A stretch of 64,000 bases of DNA from Octopus vulgaris (GCA_951406725.2 OX597839.1:4898001-4962000); one strand, 5' to 3'; numbered from the stretch's first letter, positions 41,907-54,839 are shown. The notes: generated by a model from the sequence alone, not told the origin. Translations and numbers: made by a program.

Positions 41907-42336
41907 GTAGTAGGGTCGGTTTGGTACTGTCAATGAGAAAAACAGCACCATGACGCAATTCACTCTGCCGGAAATTCGAAAACGACATGCTGTACTGCTT
42001 AGAGTGTTTGGGTATTAATCTGAGGACAGTGCATGAACCGAGAGTAATAAAAATCAAACGTTCAGTTAACAACATGGTGTTTGGAGTGATCACTAGCGAT
42101 GACGAATTTATGCCTTCATTAATCTTCCCACACGTCCAGAGACTCAACACGTAGGCCTACATCAAGTGCCTGGAGGAGGTAGTGCTGCCCTGAGTCTGGA
42201 GGGTGGCTGCTGAAAGATCTTATGTCTGGCAATAGTCTTCTGCACCATGTCATAGAAGCAAGATAACCCAGTTATGGCTCTCAGACAATTTCTGTACCAT
42301 CACCTCTGACATCTAGCCACCTAACGCCCCACACTG
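41907..42336 (+). mobile_element. Second maT/DD37D-like Tc1/mariner remnant
   Basis: Homologous to 34585-35035 (acagcaccatgacgc.attcactct; tgtttggagtgatcactag.gatg; catcaagtgcc.ggag). Confidence 0.88.
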
Positions 42337-42377
42337 TACAAACACAGACACACACATATATATATATATACATATAT

Positions 42378-42536
42378 ACGACGAGCTTCTCTCAGTTTCC
42401 GTCTACCAAATCCATTCACAAAGGATTGGTCGGCCCGAGGCTATAGTAGAAGACACTTGCCCAAGGTGCCACGTAGTGGGACTGAACCCGGAACCATGTG
42501 GTTGATAAACAAGCTACTTACCACACAGCCACTCCT

Positions 42537-42538
<2 letters not shown>
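42378..42538 (-). mobile_element. SINE family A, 5' half
   Basis: Reverse complement of the family head. Confidence 0.92.
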
Positions 42539-42630
<92 letters not shown>

Positions 42631-42635
<5 letters not shown>

Positions 42636-43250
42636 CAAGGAAAATTATAAAAAGGCAGAATGCTAAATTGAAGGTAAATTTTAATGAAAATGGGTGTAAG
42701 GGAAATTTAAAAAAATTAAAAAAATATATATATATATATTAATTCAAACCGGTTTCGTGGCAATGCGACTTTTCAAGAATTGTAAGGTGAAAAGAAAATT
42801 TTTTTATAATTGATGAGGGGGAAAAAAGAAAATGACATTGTTTTTTGCAAAAAAATAATAAACATATACAAAAATTAAAGAATAGGTACACCGATACATT
42901 GTAAAGTCTCTGTGTATCTCGAATTCAATGATAATTCTTGGAAAAATTACCTTGGAGGATTAAGATGCATGTGATTAAATCCATGTGGTGTTTGTTCAAT
43001 GAATGTCAAAACAGAAAATGGTGTAGGAGTTATCCAGTTCCTGTGAGTAAGGGGAGACAACTCTGTAGATTTTATGCTCTTCAATTGGGATTATCAATTT
43101 TTTGTAAGATAGGATGTTAATAAACCTTAAATTATAAAATATCATTTTAGCTTCATTTGCAAAATTTTTTTAAATTTCCCATACACCCATTTTCATTGAA
43201 ATTTACCTTCAATTTAGCATTCTGCCTTTTTAGAATTTTTCCTTGCCTAT
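42631..43250. mobile_element. PLE-like fragment bounded by ~88-bp inverted repeats with an internal hammerhead-like motif
   Basis: 42631-42717 is the reverse complement of 43163-43250; minus-strand aauuc UUGAAAA gucgc-auu-gccac GAAA ccgg UU u gaauu at 42741-42781. Confidence 0.7.
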
Positions 43251-43311
43251 CATTTCTCCACATGCGGTCAGCACAATCCCACCATTTATTGATTATATAT
43301 ATATGTATATA

Positions 43312-43364
<53 letters not shown>

Positions 43365-43399
43365 ATTTATATATATATATATTTAAAAATTTTTTAAAA

Positions 43400-43925
43400 A
43401 TTTTATATAGTTTCAGCTCACGAGCTGTGGCCGTGCTGGAGCACCGGCATTTGGTGTTGCTACATGATTTTACTCCACGAATGCTTTTTAGCAATTGCTA
43501 TTTGGTGCATGAGAGAGTTCGATGCAGCTGCCCTCCTCAGCGCCTCCTGCCGTGAAGTTGGTTCATCTGGAACACCTGACAGGAAGATATCCAGTTTTAT
43601 TTTAAAGACATCTGCATCCACCCCATGCACGTCTCTTAGGTTCTTCGGGAGGATATTGAAGAACTGTGGGCCTCTGAAGCCCAGGCTATCGCAGTATCTT
43701 GTCCTACATCTTGATGGCAAATTTGGAGTCCTTGGCACCATGCAGTGGCGCCCAGTTCTAGCATTTGTGTGACTCTCGATGCCAAAGTTTGGGACAAGTC
43801 CTTCTAGGATCTTCCAGATGTATATTATGGCATATCTTTCTCGCCTACGCTCTAAGGAATGGAGTCTTAATCACTTGAGTCTTTCCCAGTAGCTTATATG
43901 CTATCTTCGTGTAGCTCCGTTGGAT
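43400..43925 (-). mobile_element. CR1/L2-group LINE 3' end (same family as 3955-4979) retaining stop codon and 3' UTR
   Basis: ORF 43460-43741 closely matches ORF 3932-4186; short 3' UTR at 43400-43459. Confidence 0.93.
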
Positions 43926-43994
43926 ATATATGTATATATATATATGTATATATATGTATATATATATGTATATATATATATACGTATATATATG

Positions 43995-44025
<31 letters not shown>

Positions 44026-44044
44026 GTATATATATATGTATATA

Positions 44045-44100
<56 letters not shown>

Positions 44101-44397
44101 CGTATATATATATATGTGTGTATATATATATGTAGAGGGAGAGAATGTGTGTGAGAGAGTGAGAGAAAGAGATAAAGAAAGAGGGAGAAGGAATAAGAAA
44201 GAGCGTGAAAGGGAAAGCAAAAGAGAGTGAGAGAGAGAGGAAGAGCGAAAGAGAGAGGAAGTCACGGAATCAGAAAGGGCGAATGAAAAGCAACCACTGA
44301 GCGAAGAAGAGAGGGAGAGGGGAAGTGAATGAAAGAAACAGTGGCAGAAAGTGAAAGAGAGAGAGCGAATAAAAAGACACTGAGCGAAAGTGACCGA

Positions 44398-44441
<44 letters not shown>

Positions 44442-44877
44442 AATGAAGGAGAGAGAGAAAGGGAAACAGACAGGCAGGGACAATCTGTGGGTGTATGTAG
44501 GTGTGTAGGTGGTAAATTAGCGGAGTAATTAGTTTCAGGGTATAAAAACGTTTGATTACTCTGTGTGTGTGCTTGTATATGTGTGTGTTCGTATTCCTGT
44601 GTGAGTCTGTGCGTGCGTGTGTGTGTGTGTGTGTGTTTGTGTGTATGTATTTGTTTTCGCTTGCATATATGTGTATGCGCGTGTGTAGCATAAAATTTCA
44701 TCTGGCAATATTTGTGTGCATATCTGTATGTATGTATGTAGGTGTGTGTATTGTACGTATATGTATTCGCGTGTGGCCGTGTTCATGTATTGGCTTGTGT
44801 GAGTATGGGAATTTGGCTGTGTGTATGCGTGTCTATGCATGTGCGAGCGAAAGAATGCAATTGCATGTACCACTATG

Positions 44878-44935
<58 letters not shown>

Positions 44936-44954
44936 CACACACACATATATACAT

Positions 44955-44993
<39 letters not shown>

Positions 44994-45272
44994 CATATAC
45001 ATGTGCATATATATGTATATATCGCATGCATATTTTTGTCTATTTAGGATACGTGTGTATATGTGTGTGTATGGCTGCATGTTTTTATGTATGTGCTAAT
45101 ATTTGTAATTGCATGTCACAATCTTTGTGCATTAGCAGTGTGTTCGGGTACGTGCACCTGCATATGTACGAGTATGTGTACATGAGTGTGTATGTGTGTA
45201 AGTGTACAAGTGCCCATAGGGGAATCTGGTTGTGGGGGGAATCTTCTACGCACATATACATGTATATGTGTA

Positions 45273-45307
<35 letters not shown>

Positions 45308-45408
45308 ATATATATACATCTGTGTATATATATACACAAACGTACATATATATATATATACATACATCTGTGTATATATATACACACACTCAAACACACA
45401 CGCACGCA

Positions 45409-45448
<40 letters not shown>

Positions 45449-46054
45449 CACACACACACACACGCATATATATATACACATATACATGTGTTTAATGGGG
45501 TTAATTCAGAGCATTTGGTTTCCGGGTATGCAATTCAATTATTTCTCCGTATTTTCATGTGTGGGTGGATGGCATGGGACGATACTCAAGGTGTGCATGT
45601 GTGAGTGTGTGTCTGTGTCTGTCTATGCCTATGTGTGTGTATGTGTGTGCATGTTGCGTGTGGTTGTGTGCGTGTGTGTGCATGCGTGTTTGTGTGTGTG
45701 TCTGTACGAGATGTCTCTCTGTGTCTAGGACTGAGTGTCACTGCGGAGTAGTGAAGACGGGGTTATGTGTATACTTATAATCATGAATGTTTGTAAATGT
45801 ATGTGCGCGTAGTGTATGTGTATGTATGTGTATGTGTAGGTGCGTATTAGTGTAATTGTGTATGTGTATGTTTGGATGGAGATAAATGTGAAAATATGTG
45901 TATATATGTGTATATGCAGGCATATGTGAAGGTTTAAGTGAATATGGGTGTATGTGTTTAATGGGGGAGGGGAGTTATTGGCACTTGGTATCGGAATGTG
46001 GACTCGTTGTTATGACTGCGTGGGTGGGTGTGTATGTGTATGTTTATGTGTGTA

Positions 46055-46089
<35 letters not shown>

Positions 46090-46172
46090 ATTTGATTGCT
46101 CGGTTCAGGTAACGCAATAGTTATGAGACTTCTGCTTGTTCTTTCTGAGTCTGTGGGATGTCAGTGTCCCCT

Positions 46173-46205
<33 letters not shown>

Positions 46206-46285
46206 AATTGTAATATATTATCTATACATACATTTTTGTATATTATAAATGAATATGTGTGTTTTTTGTGTATGTTTAATTGGGA

Positions 46286-46318
<33 letters not shown>

Positions 46319-46649
46319 TTTTATATATATAGATAGACATTTTATACATTTTACATATACATCTTGATTTATGATGGATAAATGTGTGTATTTGTGAGCA
46401 CGTGTGTGTACGAGGGAAAGCGTGTAAGAGAATGAGAAAGAGAGAGGGAAGAGGGTAGAAACAGAGAGGGTGAGAGAGGGGAGGGATGTAGAGAGAGAGG
46501 GAGAGGGAGAAAGAGAAAAATGGCGAGCGAGTCAGAGGGAGAGAGGGAGATAGAGAACGTTAGAGAATCTATTCGTGTGTGTTATTGTGGTTAGGGGGCT
46601 AGTATATGATCATGTGTGTAGTATGCATCTATACACTTAAGGATGGACA

Positions 46650-46711
<62 letters not shown>

Positions 46712-46712
46712 C

Positions 46713-46743
<31 letters not shown>

Positions 46744-46797
46744 CCTACCTATCTATCTATCTATCTATCCATCCATCTCAATATGTATATTTATAAA

Positions 46798-46846
<49 letters not shown>

Positions 46847-46918
46847 TTTATATATGAATATATATATATATATATGCTTGTATGTATATTTATATACCTA
46901 TATATATATATATACATA

Positions 46919-47231
46919 TGCAGGAGTGGCTCTGTGGTAAGTAGCTTGCTTACGAACCACATAAACTGAAGGAAGCCCGTCGTATATATGTATATATATA
47001 TGTGTATGTGCGTGTTTGTGTGTCTCTGTTTGTTCCCCTAGCATTGCTTGACAACCAATGCTGGTGTGTTTATCTCCCCCGTTACTTAGCGGTTCGGCAA
47101 AAGAGACCGATAGAATAAGTACTGAGCTTACAAAAGAATAAGTCCCGGGGTCGAGTTGCTCGATTAAAGGCGGTGTTTCAGCATGGCCGCAGTCAAATGA
47201 CTGAAACAAGTAAAAGATAAAGAGTAAAAGA

Positions 47232-47233
<2 letters not shown>
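46919..47233 (+). mobile_element. SINE family A with internal deletion
   Basis: Head joins directly 'aaccacat|aaactgaaggaagccc', lacking ~100 bp. Confidence 0.92.
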
Positions 47234-47303
<70 letters not shown>

Positions 47304-47633
47304 ACATAATGTAGATCTTCGTGTTTATCGTCACTGTTTACAATTTTGTTCCAGTTGTTTTCAGATTTGGTATATGGATTAAGTTTTGTATACTAATTAT
47401 GAAAATAAAGTTAATTTTTACTATAAATTCATAATTAAAAAGTTATTAGCCATTAAAATTTGCAAATGTTGGGTATTTCAGCCAATCAGAAGCGTGTATT
47501 TTCACATTACCGTGACTTTCTGTTAGCATGTTAAACAAAGAAGCACCACGTGTTCCATACATGATTGCGAAGAACTCTGTTTCCATAGTGACCAAAGATG
47601 CCGTGCATGCGCACAAGGATTGTAACCATCAAA

Positions 47634-47937
47634 TTGTCTGTTCCTTCTCGAGCCACACCTGGCTCATAAGGGCCGGTTTCCCGGTTTCCTTGGCGTATAG
47701 GTTCCCCACCTGGACGGGACGCCGGTCCGTCGCAGGTGAGCTGCAAGATGCAGGAGGAAAGAATGACAGAAAGCTGTGGCGAAAGAGTTAGCAGAAGTTC
47801 GCCATTATTTTCTGCCGGAGCCGCGTGGAGCTTAGGTGTTTTCGCTCATAAACATACACATCGCCCGGTCTGAGATTCGAACCCGCGATCCCTCGACCGC
47901 GAGTCCGCTGCTCTAACCACTAGGCCATGTGCCTCCA
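47634..47937 (-). mobile_element. tRNA-derived SINE family C, long-tail variant
   Basis: Minus strand: tggcctagtggttag (A box), gggttcgaatctc (B box), then cctgcgacggaccggcgtcccgtccagg domain. Confidence 0.9.
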
Positions 47938-48165
47938 CTAACCACCAAATTGGGTGTAATCAACAAATTGAGTGTACCCGGAACATCTTTAAAACGTGGA
48001 AATAAACGCCGATTGTGGGACACACCCTTCCATGTTTGACTCTTATCTTTGTGAATTTATGTGGAGGAAGAGATATGAGAAAGATAATTTATTTTATAAA
48101 ATCCTTGAGTGTATTGCAAGCTTTCATTCTTGAGTTTTTTAACTAATAATGTTTGTTTTAAGCAA

Positions 48166-48358
48166 TGTTTTGACTGTTATTTCTAGCAGCTCGTCTTGGT
48201 TTTCTCGAAGCGTTTAAATATTTAATTTGCTCGCGAATGTTTTAATGATTTTTTTTTTACTCGTATATATTTTAATGCTTTGACTGCCATTTCTAGTAAC
48301 TCATGTTCGTTTCCTTGTAGCGTTTAAATATTTAATTTGCTTGCGAATCTTTTAATGT
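48166..48358 (+). repeat. Diverged 110-bp-period direct duplication
   Basis: 'tttgactg..atttctag...agcgtttaaatatttaatttgct.gcgaat.ttttaatg' twice. Confidence 0.85.
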
Positions 48359-48555
48359 TTTTTCCATGTTTACAGAAGCTAGTTTAATGTTTTGACATGT
48401 AGGAGCACCACCATTTCTCGCTATTGTGACAGCTGATGGAAGAGGCAATGAACGCTTAATTTTCTGAAAATGGCTGAAAATACTGAAAATTATCAAATTT
48501 TGAACACCTGTAACATTTTCGAAAAATTTTTCTGGAATAAATGAATAAATGAATA

Positions 48556-48718
48556 GGCGCAGGAGTGGCTGTGTGGTAAGTAGCTTGCTAACCAACCTCA
48601 TGGTTCCGGGTTCAGTCCCACTGCGTGGCATCTTGGGCAAGTGTCTTCTGCTATAGCCCCGGGCCGACCAATGCCTTGTGAGTGGATTTGGTAGACGGAA
48701 ACTGAAAGAAGCCTGTCG

Positions 48719-48749
<31 letters not shown>

Positions 48750-48954
48750 TTGTGTGTCTGTGTTTGTCCCCCTAGCATTGCTTGACAACCGATGCTGGTG
48801 TGTTTACGTCCCCGTCACTTAGCGGTTCGGCAGAAAGAGATCGATAGAATAAGTACTGAGCTTACAAAGAATAAGTCCTGGGGTCGATTTGCTCGACTAA
48901 AGGCGGTGCTCCAGCATGGTCGCAGTCAAATGACTGAAACAAGTAAAAGAGTAA
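48556..48954 (+). mobile_element. SINE family A, full copy
   Basis: Matches the family end to end. Confidence 0.95.
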
Positions 48955-49561
48955 CAAATTCGGATTCAGCGTCAAAAGTTACATTTATATGATACGTTAA
49001 CATTTTTTTTTTCAAGATTTAGACGTGTAGTGACGATAACCACAAAGATCCTATAACATCTATTTACACAGGTTCACTACAGCTGTTTCAGACCTGTTAT
49101 TTATTGCTGAATAAATCAGTTACATCATGTAAAACAAAGAGGTATTTTTTACAAAGACTTATATTTTACTCTTATATATGATATATGAATGTAGCTTTCA
49201 GGATTTTACAGGCAGATACTATATAATGCGTACTCTCCCTTTCATCTTGGTTCTAGCTGAGAGAGCATGGAACACCATTTCGGTATTAAATATACATGGT
49301 AATAAATTAATGAACTTCTTTAAGGGACAGAAAAAGAGGAGGGAAAAGAAAGAGGAACAAATGGAGAGGAAAAGGAAAGAACAAAAGGAAACAAAAAAGA
49401 AAAGACTTCACACCACCTCTTTAAAGGCTGTCAAAGGGTTTCTCCGGAGTCTAATGGTTAGACGCCACCTGACGACATCTAGATAAACAAGAGAATAAAC
49501 GATTGCAAATAAAATTACCTCGATGCCTTTGTTCTAAAGAGCCTTGGTCACATCGGCTCCA

Positions 49562-49601
<40 letters not shown>

Positions 49602-49693
49602 TTATAAATGAGGGTGAAAAATTGATATTAATTTAATAATACCATTAATTTAACACTCTAATAATTTATGTATATATATATATATGTATATAC

Positions 49694-49801
49694 AAAATTT
49701 AAAGGACTGACCACTAAAAGTGGACGGTCAACATGCTAGATATAGACGTTTATATATAGCATGTTGACCGTCCACTTTTAGTGGTCAGTCCTTTAAATTT
49801 T
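49694..49801. repeat. 108-bp spacerless near-perfect palindrome
   Basis: aaaatttaaaggactgaccactaaaagtggacggtcaacatgcta...tagcatgttgaccgtccacttttagtggtcagtcctttaaatttt; centre ac|gt at 49747/49748. Confidence 0.95.
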
Positions 49802-49883
49802 TCATGTAAAAATATTTTAATCTTTTTTTAATATGCTCGGCCACTGGTTTTAATTGATTAATATCAATTTCTACCCTTATTAA

Positions 49884-49930
<47 letters not shown>

Positions 49931-49934
<4 letters not shown>

Positions 49935-50112
49935 ATCCAAACATGAAAACCCAAAGAGAAAACACAACAACGCGAGGACGTGGAACAAATATAGAGTTAT
50001 TGGACGCTCAGGAAGGAAGGAAAGAAGGAGGGTTTAACGTTTCGAGCGGAGCTCTTCGTCAGAAACATAGGGAAAGGAAAGATCCAGAGAAGGGAAGACG
50101 GAGGAAAAAAAG
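49931..50112 (-). mobile_element. PLE-like terminal repeat fragment
   Basis: Contains a minimal hammerhead; abuts (TA)n. Confidence 0.7.
50032..50066 (-). ncRNA. Minimal type I hammerhead ribozyme (PLE type), intact
   Basis: Minus strand: guuu CUGACGA a gagc-ucc-gcuc GAAA cg UU aaac; palindromic helix III AACGUU. Confidence 0.85.
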
Positions 50113-50289
50113 TCAATTTTGTAACTATTCCGTGACAAAGAAATAGTTTAGACTTACATTTTTAGCAATACTAATGCTCATATATATATATATATAAAGA
50201 TAGATTAATATGAAGCTTGATGCATGCTACATACAAGCACACACACATATATATAGGTTTACAGATTCGCATATGAACATATGCATACG

Positions 50290-50328
<39 letters not shown>

Positions 50329-50575
50329 ATATACTGTATAGATATGCATAAATCTATTTATATGTATATATGTATATGAATATGCGTATCTTTGCCTATG
50401 TCTAGACAGCCATGCGTTGTGCTGCTGACATTTAAATGGCTTAATTTTTAATGGGATCTCATGCTTTACAGTTCTCCATAGGAAGCTTTAAACTTTAAGT
50501 AATGGCAACATAAAGCATTCATATTTCATAAATACATGCATAGATAAATATCAACTCATTACATACCTACCTACC

Positions 50576-50651
<76 letters not shown>

Positions 50652-50681
50652 TGTATGTATGTATGTATGTATGTATGTCTG

Positions 50682-50712
<31 letters not shown>

Positions 50713-50799
50713 GTATGTATACACACACACACAAACTTACATACATATACATGCATATAAATATGAATATATATATATATATATATATATACTCTATTA

Positions 50800-51174
50800 C
50801 TCTATTCTATTACTTGTTTCAGTCATTTGACTGTGGCCATGCTGGAGCACCGCCTTTAGTCGAGCGAACAGACCCCAGGACTTATTCTTTGGAAGCCTGG
50901 TACTTATTCTATCGGTCTCTTTTGCCGAACCGCTAAGTTACGGGGACGTAAACACACCAGCATCGGTTGTCAAGCGATGTTGGGAGGACAAACGTAGACA
51001 CACAAACACACACATACATATATACATATATACGACGGGCTTCTTTCAGTTTCCGTCTACCAAATCCACTCACAAGGACCGAGGCTATAGTAGAAGACAC
51101 TTGCCCAAGGTGTCACGAAGTGGGACTGAACCCGGAACCATGTGGTTGGTAAGCAAACTACTTACCACACAGCC
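50800..51174 (-). mobile_element. SINE family A, near-full copy
   Basis: Reverse complement of the family sequence. Confidence 0.93.
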
Positions 51175-51349
51175 AATAGATATATAGTCAAAATAAGCCA
51201 CAAAAATATCCAAGGTAGTGTAGTACGATCGTTTCATGCTACTTCATTTTATTAAACGCTGTAAGTATTACATCAGTTTTAAAATGTCGAGCATGAGAGC
51301 ATTAGAATTTTTTAATTAAACGGACAATGCACACTTTTATACTTTAAAT

Positions 51350-52030
51350 TCCTCAGACTCTGGGAGAATATTAAAAAGCTGTGGGCCCTTGAAACCCAAG
51401 CTCTTGCAGTAACTGGTCCTGAATCGTGATGGCATTGCTGGGATTTTGGCACTATGCAGTGTCGTCCCGTTCTGGTATTGGTGTAGCTTTCAATGCCAAA
51501 ATTTGGCACAATTCCTTCCAGGATCTTCCAGATATATATTACTGCATCTCTCTCCCATCTTCTCTCCAGGGTGTAGAGTCTTAGCTGCTTCAACCTTTAA
51601 CAGTAGCTGAGCTGTTGCAAAGAGACGATATTCTTTGTGAATCTTCTCTGGATTTCTTCAAGGTCCGCTGTTAATTTCATACTGGTGGGTGACCATAGCT
51701 GTGAGCAGTAATCCAGGCGGCTGAGGACGAATGTCCGCCAGAGGACCATCATGGTTTCCTTATCTCTGGTTCTGAATGTTCTTAGGATCCAGCCAGCCAG
51801 TCGTCTGCACTTTGTCGCTATCCTGGTAATATGCACTTGGAAATAGGTATCATCACTCATGTCGATACCCAGGTCCCTCACAGACTTAGGCTCTGGGATT
51901 GAAATTCCCTGTGGACGAGTGTACCCTGTAAGTTTCATATCCAATTTTGGATGCTGGTAGGGCAGGGCCCGGAATTTTTCAGCATTAAACTACATATAAT
52001 CCTCAGCCCATCTGTAAATTGAGTCCAACA
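51350..52030 (-). mobile_element. CR1/L2-group LINE RT remnant, related subfamily
   Basis: ORFs 51597-51944 (VRDLGI...RLDYCSQLWSP) and 51312-51593 (LYTLERR...YIWKILEGIVPN). Confidence 0.92.
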
Positions 52031-52044
52031 TACATATATATACA

Positions 52045-52117
<73 letters not shown>

Positions 52118-52154
52118 CTGTGTGTATGTGTGTGTGTGTGTGCGTGCGTATGAT

Positions 52155-52228
52155 AAGCGTCTTTCAGTTCCCGTTATTAAAATTTACTAACATGGTTCTG
52201 GTCGGCCCGAGGTCATAGTAGAAGACAC
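52155..52228 (-). mobile_element. SINE family A, degenerate fragment
   Basis: tctttcagttcccgt...ggtcggcccgagg...atagtagaagacac. Confidence 0.7.
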
Positions 52229-52273
52229 CACACAGACATATATATGTGTGTGTATCTGTATCTATGTGTATAC

Positions 52274-52311
<38 letters not shown>

Positions 52312-53086
52312 TAATTATATATATGTATATATATACAGAGAGAGAGAGAGAAAGAGAGAGAGCGAGAGAGAGACAGAGACAAAAGCGGGAGACAGAATAG
52401 AAACATAGATAATTATTTACTACACATGCTCACACACACGCTCACACAGACACACATAAACACACACACACTCACATATGTATAAATATATATGAATATA
52501 GAGAGACACGCGGACAGAGGGGCAGGCAGACAAAAAGATAGAGAGATAAACAGAGATATAGACACATATATATATACAAGTAATTCAATCGGTATGTTTG
52601 TGAATGTGTACGCATATGAATAAATGCAAGTGTGTGTATGAAACTATATGCTTTGAGAGAATATATCTATATCAAAAGATGTATATGTGTACAGATACGT
52701 TTGTGGGTGTCGCTTGCTAGAATTATGTTTAACATACGTTAAAGTCTGTAATTATTTCACATTCACTTGTCAATTCTCTCTAAATTTCAAAAGATTAAAC
52801 CTGTCAAATTAAACGAATTTTTGGCATATCTAAACGTCAAGTGTCCATATGTGTGCGTACATTCCTACATGTATACATCCATCCATCCATCATTCCATAC
52901 ATACATATATACATACATACATGCATACATACATATATACATACATACGTACATACTTACATACATACATACATGCATGCATGCATGCATGCATACATAC
53001 ATACTCACACAAACACACACCTATATATGAATACTAGTGTAATATGTAAGTAATATATAAATATATATATACATACACACACACAT

Positions 53087-53125
<39 letters not shown>

Positions 53126-53331
53126 CGGAACAGTTCTTGGGTGAAATTTTGCCCTTCTTTTAGCAAAATCTTTAGATTTTTGGGTGACAATAGCGGAGGT
53201 AACAGCTTCTCTCTTCCTGCACCAAAATGCAACATAAATTTTCGATTATATTGGGCTCCAATGATTGTTGGTGTGGAGATGGGTCCATTAAATTGTTTCT
53301 CTTCAATTTTATGTTCGTTGCATCCGTTTTT

Positions 53332-53566
53332 AATACCTATTTCTTTACTACCCACAAGGGGGCTAAACACAGAGAGGACAAACAAGGACAGACAAACGGA
53401 TTAAGTCGATTATATCGACCCCAGTGCGTAACTGATACTTAATTCATCGACCCCGAAAGGATGAAAGGCATAGTCGACCTCAGCGGAATTTGAACTCAGA
53501 AAGTAGCGGCAGACAAAATACGGCTACGCATTTCGCCCGGCGTGCTAACGTTTCTGCCAGCTCGCC
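53332..53566 (-). mobile_element. SINE family B, single copy with 17-bp TSD
   Basis: TSD catccgtt(t/g)ttaatacc at 53321-53337 and 53585-53601. Confidence 0.93.
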
Positions 53567-53881
53567 AGCAATGGTATTAATAACCATCCGTTGTTAATAC
53601 CATTGGGCGTGTGAATCAGTGTATTATCGTCCAGGAAAATTGCACTACTTTCGGGAAACAATATTTGTACCATAGCTTGGACATGCTTAACTAAAATACT
53701 CAGTTATTCATTGGGGGCAATTCTGCAATGTAGAACAATAAAGGACGAAGAGATATCTCTGATATGATCATCCAAGTTCACCACAGAGACTCGCATAATT
53801 CAAGGTAGGGGAAAACACATAGGGTTGTATCATTCTTTGGGCTGTTACCACATAAATTCACCACTAAGTAGTTAAATAGTA

Positions 53882-54043
53882 GGCGCAGGAGTGGCTGTAT
53901 GGTAAGTAGCTTGCTTACAAACCACATCGTTCCGGGTTCAGTCCCACTGCGTGTCACTTTGGGCAAGTGTCTTCTACTATAGCCTCGAGCCGACCAAAGC
54001 CTTGTGAGTGGATTTGGTAGACGTAAACTGAAAGCCCGTCGCA

Positions 54044-54106
<63 letters not shown>

Positions 54107-54358
54107 ATGTGTGTGTGTGTGTGTGTGCGTGTATGTTTGTGTGTCTGTGTTTGTCCCCTAGCATTGCTTGACAACCGATGCTGGTGTGTTTATGTCCCCG
54201 TCACTTAGCGGTTCGGCAAAAAGGGACCGATAGAATAAGTACTGGGCTGACAAAGAATAAGTCCCGTGGTCGAGTTGCTCGATTAAAGGCGGTGCTCCAA
54301 CATGGCCGCAGTCAAATGACTGAAACAAGTAAAAGAGAGAGTAAAAAAGAGAGTAAAT
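53882..54358 (+). mobile_element. SINE family A, full copy
   Basis: Matches the family, with an expanded internal microsatellite. Confidence 0.95.
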
Positions 54359-54629
54359 AGCTCACTAAAGATTCCCCCGAGCAGTGGTTGATCAGTGGTT
54401 GGTCACTGGTTCCCAACCATTTTAAAATCGGTGCAGATACCAAAACTGGATTTTTAGGGGCCCTCAGCCAAAAAAAAAAAAAAATCTGAAACAGCACTCA
54501 CTTGATGAGAATATGATTATATTTATAGAGAGTATCACTAGAAGGATACTTGAACACCGCCAGAAGGACACACGAGGGCTGTCAGAAGTGTGTTTCGAAG
54601 GCTGCCAGAAAGATGATTGCGGCCACTGG

Positions 54630-54775
54630 TTCTGAGTTCAAATTCCGCCGAGGTCGACTTTGACTTTCATCCTTTTGGTGTCGATAAAATAGCTACCAGT
54701 TGAGCACTGGGATCGCGTTAATCGACTTGGTCCCTCTCTCAAAATTGCTCGTCTCGTGCCAAAGTTTGAAATCCT
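54630..54775 (+). mobile_element. SINE family B older subfamily, 5'-truncated, alternative tail followed by (ATT)n
   Basis: gttctgagttcaaattccgccgaggtcgacttt...aaaattgct...gtgccaaagtttgaaatc. Confidence 0.85.
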
Positions 54776-54782
54776 CCTCCTC

Positions 54783-54835
<53 letters not shown>

Positions 54836-54839
54836 CATT

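Noticed and set aside
47860-47937. Functional tRNA gene
   Set aside because: A and B boxes are present but the acceptor stem does not close, there is no immediate oligo-T terminator, and it continues into a SINE body
54380-54630. hAT/Charlie-type MITE (cagtggtt/ctggttcccaacc ends)
   Set aside because: Right terminal repeat too degenerate and no TSD found
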